Shown: piece by piece, positions 9,150 to 18,123 of the stretch
Numbering within the stretch: position 1 is the stretch's first letter
Layout: each line of letters starts with the position of its first letter
Origin: Candidatus Methylomirabilia bacterium
GTDB taxonomy: Bacteria > Methylomirabilota > Methylomirabilia > Rokubacteriales > CSP1-6
Direction of reading: 5' to 3'
NCBI GenBank assembly: GCA_041497895.1
Contig: JBGQHJ010000037.1
Span: forward strand, 1 to 34,232
DNA length: 34,232 bases
The notes under the pieces: model-generated
What the model was told of the DNA's origin: nothing
The model's database searches: none
What the model saw: only the letters and a program-made list of their open reading frames with translations
Made by a program: the position numbers and the translations under genes

Positions 9150-10095
9150 GCTCGGGCTGCTCCTGGGCGTCGTGGTCCTCGCCGCGGTCCCGCCGCTCCT
9201 GCCGAAGTACCTCCTCGAGGTGCTGATCAGCGTTCTCTTCTTCGGCTACCTGGGCGCGTGCTGGAACATCCTCGGCGGCTACGGAGGCCAGTTCTCCTTC
9301 GGGCACGCCGCGTTCTTCGGCATCGGGGCCTACACCTCCACCCTGCTCTTCCTGCACCTGGGTCTCACCCCCTGGGTCGGCATGCTGGCGGGCGGGGTGC
9401 TGGCGGCCGCCTTCGGGCTCTTCGCGGGCTATCTCTCGTTCCGCTACGGGCTGCGCGGGCCCTACTTCTCGCTCGTCACGCTGGCCTTCGCGGAAATGCT
9501 TCGAGTCGTCGCGGTGAACTGGAAGGCGGTGGGCTCCTCGCTCGGCCTGGTGGTGCCGAATCGCGGCTCGGCCCCCGCGCTGTTCCTGTTCGCGGACAAG
9601 CTGCCCTACTACTACGTGATCCTCGCGATGGTCCTCGCGGTGCTCGGGATCACGAGGGCGCTCGAGCGCTCGCGCATGGGCTACACCCTCGCCGCGATCC
9701 GGGAGAACGAGGACGCGGCGGAGGCGGCCGGGGTGGACGCGCTCTCCACCAAGCTCGCCGCGATGGCCGCGTCGTCCTTCCTCACCGCGCTCGGGGGCAC
9801 GTTCTACGCCCAGTACTTCGCCTACATCGATCCGAGCCTCACCTTCGGCCCCGCGATCTCGATCGGAGGCCTGCTGCCCGCCATCGTGGGCGGGGCCGGC
9901 ACGGTGGCGGGCCCGCTGCTCGGGTCCTTCGTGCTGACCCCGGTCTCCGAGCTGACCCGGGCCCTGCTGCGCGGTCGGGCCGGCGCCGACATCATGCTCT
10001 ACGGGCTCATCCTGATCCTGGTCATCTCGTTCCTGCCGAACGGGCTCGTGGGTTGGATCCGCAGCCGGCGGCCCGCGGCCGGGAGGACGGCGTGA
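9139..10095 (+). CDS. livM: Branched-chain amino acid-type ABC permease (LivM-like)
   Basis: GTG 9139 overlapping livH end; WNILGGYGGQFSFGHAAFFGIGAY, LRGPYF, AIRENEDAA; 318 aa. Confidence 0.9.
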   Translation: MAGRLGLLLGVVVLAAVPPLLPKYLLEVLISVLFFGYLGACWNILGGYGGQFSFGHAAFFGIGAYTSTLLFLHLGLTPWVGMLAGGVLAAAFGLFAGYLSFRYGLRGPYFSLVTLAFAEMLRVVAVNWKAVGSSLGLVVPNRGSAPALFLFADKLPYYYVILAMVLAVLGITRALERSRMGYTLAAIRENEDAAEAAGVDALSTKLAAMAASSFLTALGGTFYAQYFAYIDPSLTFGPAISIGGLLPAIVGGAGTVAGPLLGSFVLTPVSELTRALLRGRAGADIMLYGLILILVISFLPNGLVGWIRSRRPAAGRTA

Positions 10096-10838
10096 GCGCC
10101 TCCCCCGGCCCGGGGCTCGAGATCCGCGGCCTGACCAAGCGCTTCGGCGGCCTGGTGGCGGTGAGCCGCTTCGACCTCACGGTCGCTCCCGGCGAGATCG
10201 TGGGCCTGATCGGCCCCAACGGGGCCGGGAAGACCACCGTGTTCCACCTCGTGGCGGGCTTCCACCCGCCGAGCGAGGGCTCGATCCACTTCGAGGGCAC
10301 GAGCCTGGTGGGGCTCAAGCCGCACGCGATCTGCCGGCTCGGGCTGGCCCGCACGTTCCAGCTCGTGCAGCCCTTCGCCGGGCTCACCACGCTCGAGAAC
10401 GTGATGGTGGGCGCCTTCAACCGGTCACGGGACGTCGCGGCGGCGCGGCGGCGGGCGACCGAGATCGTGGACTTCGTGGGCCTCGGCCCGCGCCGCGACG
10501 TGCCGGCCCGCCACCTGACCCTGCCCGACCGCAAGCGGCTCGAGGTGGCCCGCGGCCTTGCCACCGGGCCCCGGCTCCTGCTACTGGATGAGGTGATGTC
10601 CGGGCTCAACCCCACCGAGATCGAGGCCATCATCGGGCTGATCCGCCGCATCCACGCGCGCGGCGTGAGCCTCCTGATCATCGAGCACGTGATGCGGGCG
10701 ATCCTGGCCCTCTCCCATCGCCTGGTGGTCCTGCACCACGGCGAGAAGATCGCCGACGGCGCGCCCGCGCTGGTGGCGCGCGATCCGCGAGTGATCGAGG
10801 CCTACCTGGGCGAGACCACCGAGGCGGCGCCCCGGTGA
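10092..10838 (+). CDS. livG: ABC ATP-binding protein (LivG-like)
   Basis: GTGA overlap at 10092; GPNGAGKTT Walker A, ARTFQ, LLLDE, IEH, VIEAYLG; 248 aa. Confidence 0.92.
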   Translation: MSASPGPGLEIRGLTKRFGGLVAVSRFDLTVAPGEIVGLIGPNGAGKTTVFHLVAGFHPPSEGSIHFEGTSLVGLKPHAICRLGLARTFQLVQPFAGLTTLENVMVGAFNRSRDVAAARRRATEIVDFVGLGPRRDVPARHLTLPDRKRLEVARGLATGPRLLLLDEVMSGLNPTEIEAIIGLIRRIHARGVSLLIIEHVMRAILALSHRLVVLHHGEKIADGAPALVARDPRVIEAYLGETTEAAPR

Positions 10839-11545
10839 GCCTGCTCGCCCTCCGCGCGGTGGATGTGGCCTACGGGGACCTGCCCGCGCTCACCTCGGTC
10901 GACCTGCTGATCGAGCCGGGGGAGATCCTTTCGGTGGTGGGGGCCAACGGCGCGGGCAAGACCACCATGCTGCGCGCGATCTCCGGCCTGCTGCGCCCGC
11001 GGGCGGGGGAGATCCTGCTGGACGGCGTGCGCCTCGATCGGCTGCCGAGCCACGCGGTCGTCGAGCACGGCGTGGTCCAGGTGCCGGAAGGCCGCAAGAT
11101 CTTCCCGAGCCTCACCGTGCTCGAGAACCTGGAGCTGGGCTCCTACACCCGCGCGGCCCGGCCGCACCGGCGCGAGAGCCTCGAGCGGGTGCTCGGGCTC
11201 TTCCCCATCCTGGGCGAGCGGCGGAGCCAGGCCGCCGGCACCATGTCGGGCGGCCAGCAGCAGATGCTGGCCATCGGCCGCGCCCTCATGGCGCGCCCGC
11301 GGCTGCTGATGCTGGACGAGCCCTCGCTTGGGCTCGCGCCCAAGATCGTGCAGGAGATCTTCCGCATCATCGGCGAGATCAATCGCGCGGGCACGACGGT
11401 GCTGCTGGTCGAGCAGAACACGCGCCAGGCGCTGGCCCTGGCCGGGCGCGGCTACGTGCTCGAGAACGGGCGGGTGGTGCTCTCGGGGGCCGGCCGCGAT
11501 CTTCTGGACAACGAGCACGTGCAGCGCGCGTACCTCGGCATGTGA
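10835..11545 (+). CDS. livF: ABC ATP-binding protein (LivF-like)
   Basis: GANGAGKTT, VPEGR, MSGGQQQM, LDEPSLGLAP, VEQN; 236 aa. Confidence 0.92.
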   Translation: MSLLALRAVDVAYGDLPALTSVDLLIEPGEILSVVGANGAGKTTMLRAISGLLRPRAGEILLDGVRLDRLPSHAVVEHGVVQVPEGRKIFPSLTVLENLELGSYTRAARPHRRESLERVLGLFPILGERRSQAAGTMSGGQQQMLAIGRALMARPRLLMLDEPSLGLAPKIVQEIFRIIGEINRAGTTVLLVEQNTRQALALAGRGYVLENGRVVLSGAGRDLLDNEHVQRAYLGM

Positions 11546-11558
11546 AGGGAGCTCCCTC

Positions 11559-12974
11559 ATGGACAATCTGACGTCTTCTTCCCTGGCCGATCTGGCCCAC
11601 GCCATCCGCACCCGCAAGGTCGGGCCGGTGGAGCTGACCCGCGCCTATCTCGATCGCATCGCGCGCCTCGATCCCACGCTCCACGCCTTCATCACGGTGG
11701 ACGTGGAGGGCGCGCTGGCCGCGGCGGCCACCCTCGAGCGCGAGGCGGCCGCCGGCGCGTGGCGCGGCCCGCTCCACGGCGTGCCGCTCGCCCACAAGGA
11801 CCTCTGCCTGATCCCGGGGTTGCCGACGTCGTGCGGCACCCGGACCGCGGACTACTTCGTCGGGGCGCCGCCCTGCACCGCGGTGGTGCGGCTGCAGGCG
11901 GCCGGGGCGCTGACCCTGGGCAAGCTCAACATGACCGAGCTGGCGCTCGGGCCCTTCGGCGACAACGCCCACCACGGCGACGTGCAGAACCCGTGGCGGA
12001 TCGGGCACGTCTCGGGCGGGTCGAGCAGCGGCTCGGGCGCGGCGGTGGCGGCCGGGCTCGCGGCGGGCGCGCTCGGCACCGACACCGGCGGCTCGATCCG
12101 GCTGCCCGCGGCGGCCTGCGGGGTGGTGGGGCTCAAGCCCACCTACGGGCGCGTGAGCCGGGCGGGGGTGATGCCGCTCTCCTGGTCCTACGACCACGTG
12201 GGCCCGCTCGCCCGCACCGTGCGCGACGCCGCGCTGATGCTGGCCGCGATCGCGGGCGCCGATCCGCTCGACGCCACCGCGAGCCGGCGGCCGGTGCCGG
12301 ACTACGTGGCGGCCCTCGACGGCGGCGTCGCCGGGCTCCGGGTCGGGGTGGCCGGCGACTTCTACGCCGACGGGCTCGACGACACGGTGACCCGCGCGCT
12401 CGTGGAGGCGATGGCGGCGCTGGGCGGCCTGGGTGCGCGGGTCGAGCCGCTCGCGGTACCCGATCCGGGGCCGATCGTGTCCGCCTGCAGCAATGTGATG
12501 GTGCGCGCGGAGAGCGCGACGATCCACTCGCGCATCCTCAAGGAGCGGCCGGGCGAGCTGCAGCCGGCGGTGCGCGAGCGGATGGCCCCGGGCCTCACCG
12601 TGACCGCCTACGAGTACCTGCAGGGTCAGCGGCTGCGCGCCCAGCTCACCCGCGAGTTCATCGCCGCGGTGTTCTCGCGGGTCGACGTGCTCGTCACTCC
12701 CACCATCCCGGAGCCGGCCCCCGCGCTCGCCCAGGTCAAGGCGGGTGCCACCGCCGACGTCATCGGCCGCATGGGCCGCTTCTCGCGACTCACCCGTCCG
12801 TTCAACGCGCTCGGCCTCCCGGCCCTGTCGCTGCCCTGCGGCGCCGCCCCCGACGGCCGCCCGGTCGCGATGCAGCTCGTGGGCCGGCCCTTCGACGAGG
12901 CCACGCTCCTGCGCCTGGCTCACGCCTACGAGCGCGCGACCACGTGGCATCGCCGCCGTCCCGCGCTGCCGTGA
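11559..12974 (+). CDS. Amidase (amidase-signature family)
   Basis: Start ATG 11559 after GGGAG; HKD catalytic Lys, GGSSSGSG, GTDTGGSIRLPA, GLKPTYGRVS; 471 aa. Confidence 0.92.
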   Translation: MDNLTSSSLADLAHAIRTRKVGPVELTRAYLDRIARLDPTLHAFITVDVEGALAAAATLEREAAAGAWRGPLHGVPLAHKDLCLIPGLPTSCGTRTADYFVGAPPCTAVVRLQAAGALTLGKLNMTELALGPFGDNAHHGDVQNPWRIGHVSGGSSSGSGAAVAAGLAAGALGTDTGGSIRLPAAACGVVGLKPTYGRVSRAGVMPLSWSYDHVGPLARTVRDAALMLAAIAGADPLDATASRRPVPDYVAALDGGVAGLRVGVAGDFYADGLDDTVTRALVEAMAALGGLGARVEPLAVPDPGPIVSACSNVMVRAESATIHSRILKERPGELQPAVRERMAPGLTVTAYEYLQGQRLRAQLTREFIAAVFSRVDVLVTPTIPEPAPALAQVKAGATADVIGRMGRFSRLTRPFNALGLPALSLPCGAAPDGRPVAMQLVGRPFDEATLLRLAHAYERATTWHRRRPALP

Positions 12975-13012
12975 CGATCCCGCTTCCACCTCTTCCGGCC
13001 ATGCCGGTGGCG

Positions 13013-13041
13013 TTGACGGCATGGGCGACCTGGGCTAGGCT
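13013..13041 (+). promoter_or_regulatory. Sigma70 promoter, probably leaderless transcript, for the hydantoinase-like gene
   Basis: TTGACG 13013-13018, 17 nt, TAGGCT 13036-13041, only 6 nt before GTG 13048; 8-bp inverted repeat ccatgccg/cggcatgg (12999-13024) overlaps the -35. Confidence 0.65.
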
Positions 13042-13047
13042 CCGATC

Positions 13048-14478
13048 GTGCTCGACCTGGTGATCCGCAACGGGCAGGTGATCACGCCGCAGGGCGTGGG
13101 CCTCTGGGACGTGGGCGTGCGCGGCGAGCAGATCGCGGCGGTGGCCGCGCCCGGCACGCTGCCCACCGACGCCGCGCGCGTCATCGACGCGGCGGGCCAG
13201 ATCGTCTCGCCGGGCGGCGTGGAGCCCCACGCCCACCTGGCCCACGGGATCATGTCGCACCCCGAGCAGCCCTCCATCACGCTCGGGCCCGAGGACGACA
13301 CACGGGGCATGGCGTGCGGCGGGACGACCACCCACATCGACTTCGCCTACGTGCGGCCGGGCGACGACATTCAACCGGTGATCGAGCAGCGGGCGGCGCG
13401 GTGGAAGGGCAACTCGTACGTGGACTACGCCTTCCACCTGACCCTCGCGGGCGCGCTGCCGATCCGGGTGTTCGACCAGATCGGAGAGGCCATCCAGGCC
13501 GGCCACCCGAGCTTCAAGGTCTTCACCACCAACGTGCTGCCCCCGCATCCGAAGCGGGCGGGCAACCGCATCGACTTCGGGCGCATCCACTTCGCCATGG
13601 AAAAGGTGGCGAAGGCGGGCGGCATCATGGTGGTTCACGGCGAGGACGAGGATCTCGTCCAGTTCAACTACGAGCGCTTCCGCGAGGAGGGGCGGATGGA
13701 GGGAAGCAACCTCCACCTCGTGCACACCAAGCTCTCCGAGCTGCTCGCCTTCCGCCGCACCGTCGCGCTCGCCAAGGCGAGCGGAGCCGGCGTCTACTTC
13801 GTGCACGTCTCCGCGAAGGAAGGCGTGGAGACGGTGGCGGAGGCGCGCGCCCAGGGCCTGCCGGTCTACGGGGAGACCCTGCACCAGTACGCGTGCTTCA
13901 ACGCCGAGTACTACAAGACGCCGCGGGGCTTCTGCTCGCACACGTATCCCTCGCTCAAGTTCCCGGAGGACCAGCAGGCCCTCTGGGACGGCCTCGTGCG
14001 CGACGGCCTCTCCACCCTGGCCACCGACGAGTACCCGACCAGCCTCGAGCTCAAGCTGCGCGGGCGCACCATCGAGGACGTCACCGGCGGCAACGTGGGC
14101 GCGGAGGCGCGGATCGGCATCGGCTTCACCGAGGGCGTGGTCAAGCGCGGCATGTCGCTCACCCGCTTCGCCGACGTCACCGCGACCAACGCGGCCCGGA
14201 TCCTCGGCCTCTACCCGAAGAAGGGCGTCATCGCCCCCGGGAGCGACGCGGACCTGGTGCTGATCGACCCGACCATCCGGAAGACGCTCGCGCGCGAGGA
14301 CTTCCACGTCACGGACTACAGCCCGTGGGAAGGCTGGCAGGTCTCGGGCTGGCCGGTCATGACGCTGCTGCGCGGCAAGGTGATCGCGGAGCGGGGCCGC
14401 CTGCTCGGCAGCCCGTCCGACGGACGGTGGGTGGCCCGCCGCATCGATCCGGCCGTGCTCCGCCGCCCGGCCTGCTAG
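13048..14478 (+). CDS. Dihydropyrimidinase/D-hydantoinase-like cyclic amidohydrolase
   Basis: PGGVEPHAH, GGTTTHIDF, SFKVF, VHGE, VHVS, LATDE, GLYPKKGVIAPGSDADLV, YSPWEG; 476 aa. Confidence 0.87.
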   Translation: MLDLVIRNGQVITPQGVGLWDVGVRGEQIAAVAAPGTLPTDAARVIDAAGQIVSPGGVEPHAHLAHGIMSHPEQPSITLGPEDDTRGMACGGTTTHIDFAYVRPGDDIQPVIEQRAARWKGNSYVDYAFHLTLAGALPIRVFDQIGEAIQAGHPSFKVFTTNVLPPHPKRAGNRIDFGRIHFAMEKVAKAGGIMVVHGEDEDLVQFNYERFREEGRMEGSNLHLVHTKLSELLAFRRTVALAKASGAGVYFVHVSAKEGVETVAEARAQGLPVYGETLHQYACFNAEYYKTPRGFCSHTYPSLKFPEDQQALWDGLVRDGLSTLATDEYPTSLELKLRGRTIEDVTGGNVGAEARIGIGFTEGVVKRGMSLTRFADVTATNAARILGLYPKKGVIAPGSDADLVLIDPTIRKTLAREDFHVTDYSPWEGWQVSGWPVMTLLRGKVIAERGRLLGSPSDGRWVARRIDPAVLRRPAC

Positions 14479-14492
14479 CCCGCCGAGGCGGC

Positions 14493-15158
14493 ATGACGGA
14501 CTACGCCGGGCAGTTCAATCCGGGCTTCCGGCTCGAGGCGGCGCGCGTCGCGCTGGTGGTGGTGGACATGCAGTACGCGAGCGCCTCGCGGCACGAGGGC
14601 CTGGGCCGCCTGCTCAAGGACCAGGGCCGTCCGGAGCAGGGGGCCGCCCGCTTCGACCGCATCGAGTCGGTGCTGGTGCCGACCATCCAGCGCTTGCTCG
14701 CCGCCTTCCGGGCCCACGGGCTGCGGATCGTGTACCTCACCGTCGGCTCGGAGCTGCCCGACTACAGTGACCTGCCGCCCCATATGCGACCGATGGCGGA
14801 GGCGGTCGGCAACACCCGGGGCCGGCGCGAGCACGAGATCCTCGACGCGCTCGCCCCGCGCCCCGGCGAGGCGGTGCTCAACAAGACGACCATGAGCGCG
14901 TTCCACTCCTCGGGTTTCGAGCGCCTCGTGCGCGCGTGGGGTGTGGACCAGCTCCTGTTCACCGGGGTCTCCACCAACTCGTGCGTGGAGGGCACCGCGC
15001 GCGACGCGGCCGACCGCGGGTTCCGCTGCGTGCTGGTGGAGGACGGCTGCGGCGCGGCGAGCCCGGCCCTGCACGACGCGGCCTGCCACAACTTCCAGCG
15101 GCTGCTGGGCCGGGTCGACTCGAGCGCCCGGGTGCTCGCGGAGCTGGGCGCCGCCTGA
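14493..15158 (+). CDS. Cysteine hydrolase (isochorismatase/N-carbamoyl amidohydrolase-like)
   Basis: ATG 14493 after [35 protein letters not shown]; 221 aa. Confidence 0.88.
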   Translation: MTDYAGQFNPGFRLEAARVALVVVDMQYASASRHEGLGRLLKDQGRPEQGAARFDRIESVLVPTIQRLLAAFRAHGLRIVYLTVGSELPDYSDLPPHMRPMAEAVGNTRGRREHEILDALAPRPGEAVLNKTTMSAFHSSGFERLVRAWGVDQLLFTGVSTNSCVEGTARDAADRGFRCVLVEDGCGAASPALHDAACHNFQRLLGRVDSSARVLAELGAA

Positions 15159-15184
15159 GGCGCCGCTCCAAGGAGAGGGGACCG

Positions 15185-15637
15185 ATGGCGGGCAAGCTGT
15201 TCGAGGAGCTGCTGGTGGGCCAGACCTTCCAGCATCAGCCGGGGCGCACCATCACCGAGTCGGACAACGTGTTCTTCACCTGCCTCACCATGAACCCGCA
15301 GCCGCTCCACCTCGATTTCCACGCGGCCCAGAAGGCCGAGTTCGGCAAGCCCCTCGTCAACAGCCTGCTCACCCTGGGCATCGCGGTGGGTCTCAGCGTC
15401 GGCGAGACCACGCTCGGCACCACCGTCGGCAACCTGGGCTTCGAGAAGGTGGAGTTCCCGAAGCCGGTCTTCCACGGCGACACGATCTACTCGGAGACCG
15501 AGGTGGTGGAGAAGCGCGAGTCGAAGTCCCGGCCGCAGTGGGGCATCGTGATCTTCGAGCACCGGGCGAAGAACCAGCACGGCGACGTGGTGATGCGCTG
15601 CCGGCGCGCCGCCATGATGCGCCGCCGCTCGGCCTGA
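15185..15637 (+). CDS. MaoC-family (hot-dog fold) acyl-CoA dehydratase/hydratase
   Basis: ATG 15185 after [24 protein letters not shown] hydratase motif, [10 protein letters not shown]; 150 aa. Confidence 0.9.
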   Translation: MAGKLFEELLVGQTFQHQPGRTITESDNVFFTCLTMNPQPLHLDFHAAQKAEFGKPLVNSLLTLGIAVGLSVGETTLGTTVGNLGFEKVEFPKPVFHGDTIYSETEVVEKRESKSRPQWGIVIFEHRAKNQHGDVVMRCRRAAMMRRRSA

Positions 15638-15640
15638 GCG

Positions 15641-16525
15641 ATGCGCCGCTCGCTCCACTTCGTGCCGGGCGGGAACGAGAAGATGATCGCCAAGGCGCTC
15701 ACCCTGCCCGCCGACGGCCTGATCCTGGACCTCGAGGACGCGGTCACCCCCGACCGCAAGGCGGCCACCCGGCCCATCGTCCGCGGCTGGCTCCAGAACC
15801 TCGACTTCGGTGGCCGCGAGCGCTGGGTGCGGATGAACCCGGTGTTCACCGACCACGCGGAGGCCGACATCGCGGAGACCATCGCGGGCCGCCCGGACGG
15901 CTACGTGGTGCCCAAGCCGCGCCGGGCCGAGGACGTGCGCCGGGTCGCGGCCCTGCTCGACGCGCAGGAGCAGGCTCACGGCGTGCCGTTCGGCTCGACG
16001 CGCCTGGTCCTGATCGCCACCGAGACCCCCGAGGGCCTGCTCAACATCCAGGAGATCGCGACCGCGAGCCCGCGCACGGTGGCGGTGTCGTGGGGCATCG
16101 AGGATCTCTCCGCCGCGATGGGCCTGCCCCGCACGCGCGACGAGGCGGGCCGCTACCTCGACATCCCCCGCTACGCGCGCGTGATGTGCGCGGTGGCCGC
16201 GGCGGCGGCCGGCGTGGAGTCGCTCGACACCGTGTACACCGACATCGCGGACCTCGACGGCCTGCGCCGGGAGTGCCGCGAGGGAGTGGCGATGGGCTTC
16301 AGCGGCAAGATCTCCATCCACCCGGGGCAGATCGAGGTCATCAACGCGGAGTTCACGCCGTCGAAGGCCGACGCGGAGGACGCGGTCGCCCTCATCGCCG
16401 CCTTCGAGGAGCAGGCCCGCCGCGGGGCGGGCGCCTTCGCGTGGAAGGGTCAGATGATGGACATGCCGCACCTCACGCGGGCCCGCAAGATCGCCGACCG
16501 GGCCCGACGGGCGGGGGTGCTCTGA
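15641..16525 (+). CDS. CitE/HpcH-HpaI family CoA-ester lyase
   Basis: RRSLHFVPG, ILDLEDAV, VRMN, PK, ETPEG, GIEDL, GKISIHPGQI; 294 aa. Confidence 0.9.
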   Translation: MRRSLHFVPGGNEKMIAKALTLPADGLILDLEDAVTPDRKAATRPIVRGWLQNLDFGGRERWVRMNPVFTDHAEADIAETIAGRPDGYVVPKPRRAEDVRRVAALLDAQEQAHGVPFGSTRLVLIATETPEGLLNIQEIATASPRTVAVSWGIEDLSAAMGLPRTRDEAGRYLDIPRYARVMCAVAAAAAGVESLDTVYTDIADLDGLRRECREGVAMGFSGKISIHPGQIEVINAEFTPSKADAEDAVALIAAFEEQARRGAGAFAWKGQMMDMPHLTRARKIADRARRAGVL

Positions 16526-18123
16526 GCCGCGCGCCCGCCGCGGCGCTGATCGGCCTGCTGGTGGTGTCGGCGCTCGTCGTGTTCGCCTTGCCGGTGGTGG
16601 GTCGCCGCCCCCTCGTCAACCAGGACGAGGCCCGCTTCGCGCTGCTCGCGCGGGAAGGCGTCGAGCACGGCCAGTGGCTCCTTCCCCGGGTGCGCGGAGT
16701 GATCTACCTCAACAAGCCGCCGCTCTACTTCTGGACGGTCGGATTGCTCGCGCTGCCCTTCGGGGTCGTCGACGAGACCACCGCGCCGCTCGCCTCGATC
16801 CTCTCGGCGCTGGCCACGCTCCTCGCGGTGATCGCGATCGGGCGGGGGAGGTGGAGCCTCGAGGTGGGGCTCGGCGGCGCGATGGTCCTGGCCACCGCGC
16901 CTTACTTCTACTTCATGTCGCATCAGGTTCTCTCCGACATGATGATGACCGCGTGGCTCGCCTGGGCGCTCTACTTCCTGCTTACCGCCCGATCCGCACC
17001 GGCTCCGACCGGACGCCTGATCGGCTTCTACCTCTGCGTGGCGGGCGCGCTCGCCAGCAAGGGTCCGGCCGCGCTCATGGGGCTGGCCGGTGCGCTCGCG
17101 CTGGTCCTGGTGGAGGACGGCTGGCGGGGCGTCCGGTGGCTGCGGCTGCCGCTCGGCCTGGGGATCCTCGCGCTGTCGACGCTGCCCTGGCTCCTGCCGT
17201 ACCTCCTGCAGACCGAGCGGAGCTACGTCGGCGGGGTCGTGGTGCACCACTACGGCGACTGGTACCTTCGCGAGAAGCGCTCGTCGCGGCTCGCGGAGCT
17301 GCTCGACAACCTGGGCCGCTTCCTGCCCTGGACGATCCTGCTGCCGGCCGGGGTCTGGTGGTGGTGGCGCGACCGAGATCCCCGCCGGCGCCCGCTGCTC
17401 GCGTGGACGGTGGTCATCGCGGTCGCGGTGAGCCTCTCCGGCGAGCAGCGCGCGCGCTACTTCGTGCCGGTGCTCCCGCCGATGGCGCTCCTGGTGGGCG
17501 AGCTGCTGGTCGACGCGCCCCGCGATCGGGCGGGGCGCCGCGTACTGGCCGCCTTCCTCGGCGCGACCCTGCTCGTGGTGCTGGCCCTCGTGGTGATCCT
17601 GCTCTGGCTGCCGATGGGCGCGGGCCTCCGCGGCCCGTCCACCTTCATGCCGGCGGCCGGCTGGGAGCGCGGGCTCGCCTGCCTGCTGGCCCTGGCCGGG
17701 CTGGCCGGAGCCGCGGTGCTCGCGGCCCGCGGCGCCGGATTCGGCGCGACGACGGTCCTGGCGCTGGCCCTGGGCGGCGTCCTGCTCGTCGAGGGATGGG
17801 GCTACCCGGCGCGATTCACGGAGAGCTCGAACATCCGGGGGTTCACCACCGCGATGGCCCGGCATCTCGCTCCCGAGTCGCGGGTGCTCGCGTATCCGGA
17901 CGCGGGCCTCTCCTACGATTTCTACCTGCGGCGGCCGGTCCGCGAGCTGAACGGCGCGGCGGACCTGGAGACGGAGCTGTCGGCGCCGGGGCCCAACGAC
18001 GTGCTCCTGATCCGGGAGAGCCGCTGGGGCGCGCTCCGGAGCCCGTCACAGGACCGCTGGCAGGTGCTGATGGCCGATCGGGTCGGGCGCGAGCAGGTTT
18101 TCCTGCTGGGTCCGCGGCGGTGA
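16522..18123 (+). CDS. ArnT/PMT-like GT-C glycosyltransferase (GT39/GT83-like), polytopic membrane protein; start uncertain
   Basis: DEARFA, YLNKPPLYFW, ASKGP, FLPW, RYFVP motifs; many TM segments; start either CTG 16522 (CTGA overlap with citE stop) or GTG 16561. Confidence 0.85.
   Translation: MSRAPAAALIGLLVVSALVVFALPVVGRRPLVNQDEARFALLAREGVEHGQWLLPRVRGVIYLNKPPLYFWTVGLLALPFGVVDETTAPLASILSALATLLAVIAIGRGRWSLEVGLGGAMVLATAPYFYFMSHQVLSDMMMTAWLAWALYFLLTARSAPAPTGRLIGFYLCVAGALASKGPAALMGLAGALALVLVEDGWRGVRWLRLPLGLGILALSTLPWLLPYLLQTERSYVGGVVVHHYGDWYLREKRSSRLAELLDNLGRFLPWTILLPAGVWWWWRDRDPRRRPLLAWTVVIAVAVSLSGEQRARYFVPVLPPMALLVGELLVDAPRDRAGRRVLAAFLGATLLVVLALVVILLWLPMGAGLRGPSTFMPAAGWERGLACLLALAGLAGAAVLAARGAGFGATTVLALALGGVLLVEGWGYPARFTESSNIRGFTTAMARHLAPESRVLAYPDAGLSYDFYLRRPVRELNGAADLETELSAPGPNDVLLIRESRWGALRSPSQDRWQVLMADRVGREQVFLLGPRR

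Noticed and set aside
14941..16521. Apparent 1060-aa ORF fusing an unknown domain to the ArnT-like protein
   Set aside because: The N-terminal half is an off-frame read through the cysteine hydrolase, MaoC and CitE genes (Arg/Gly/Pro-rich junk typical of high-GC DNA)
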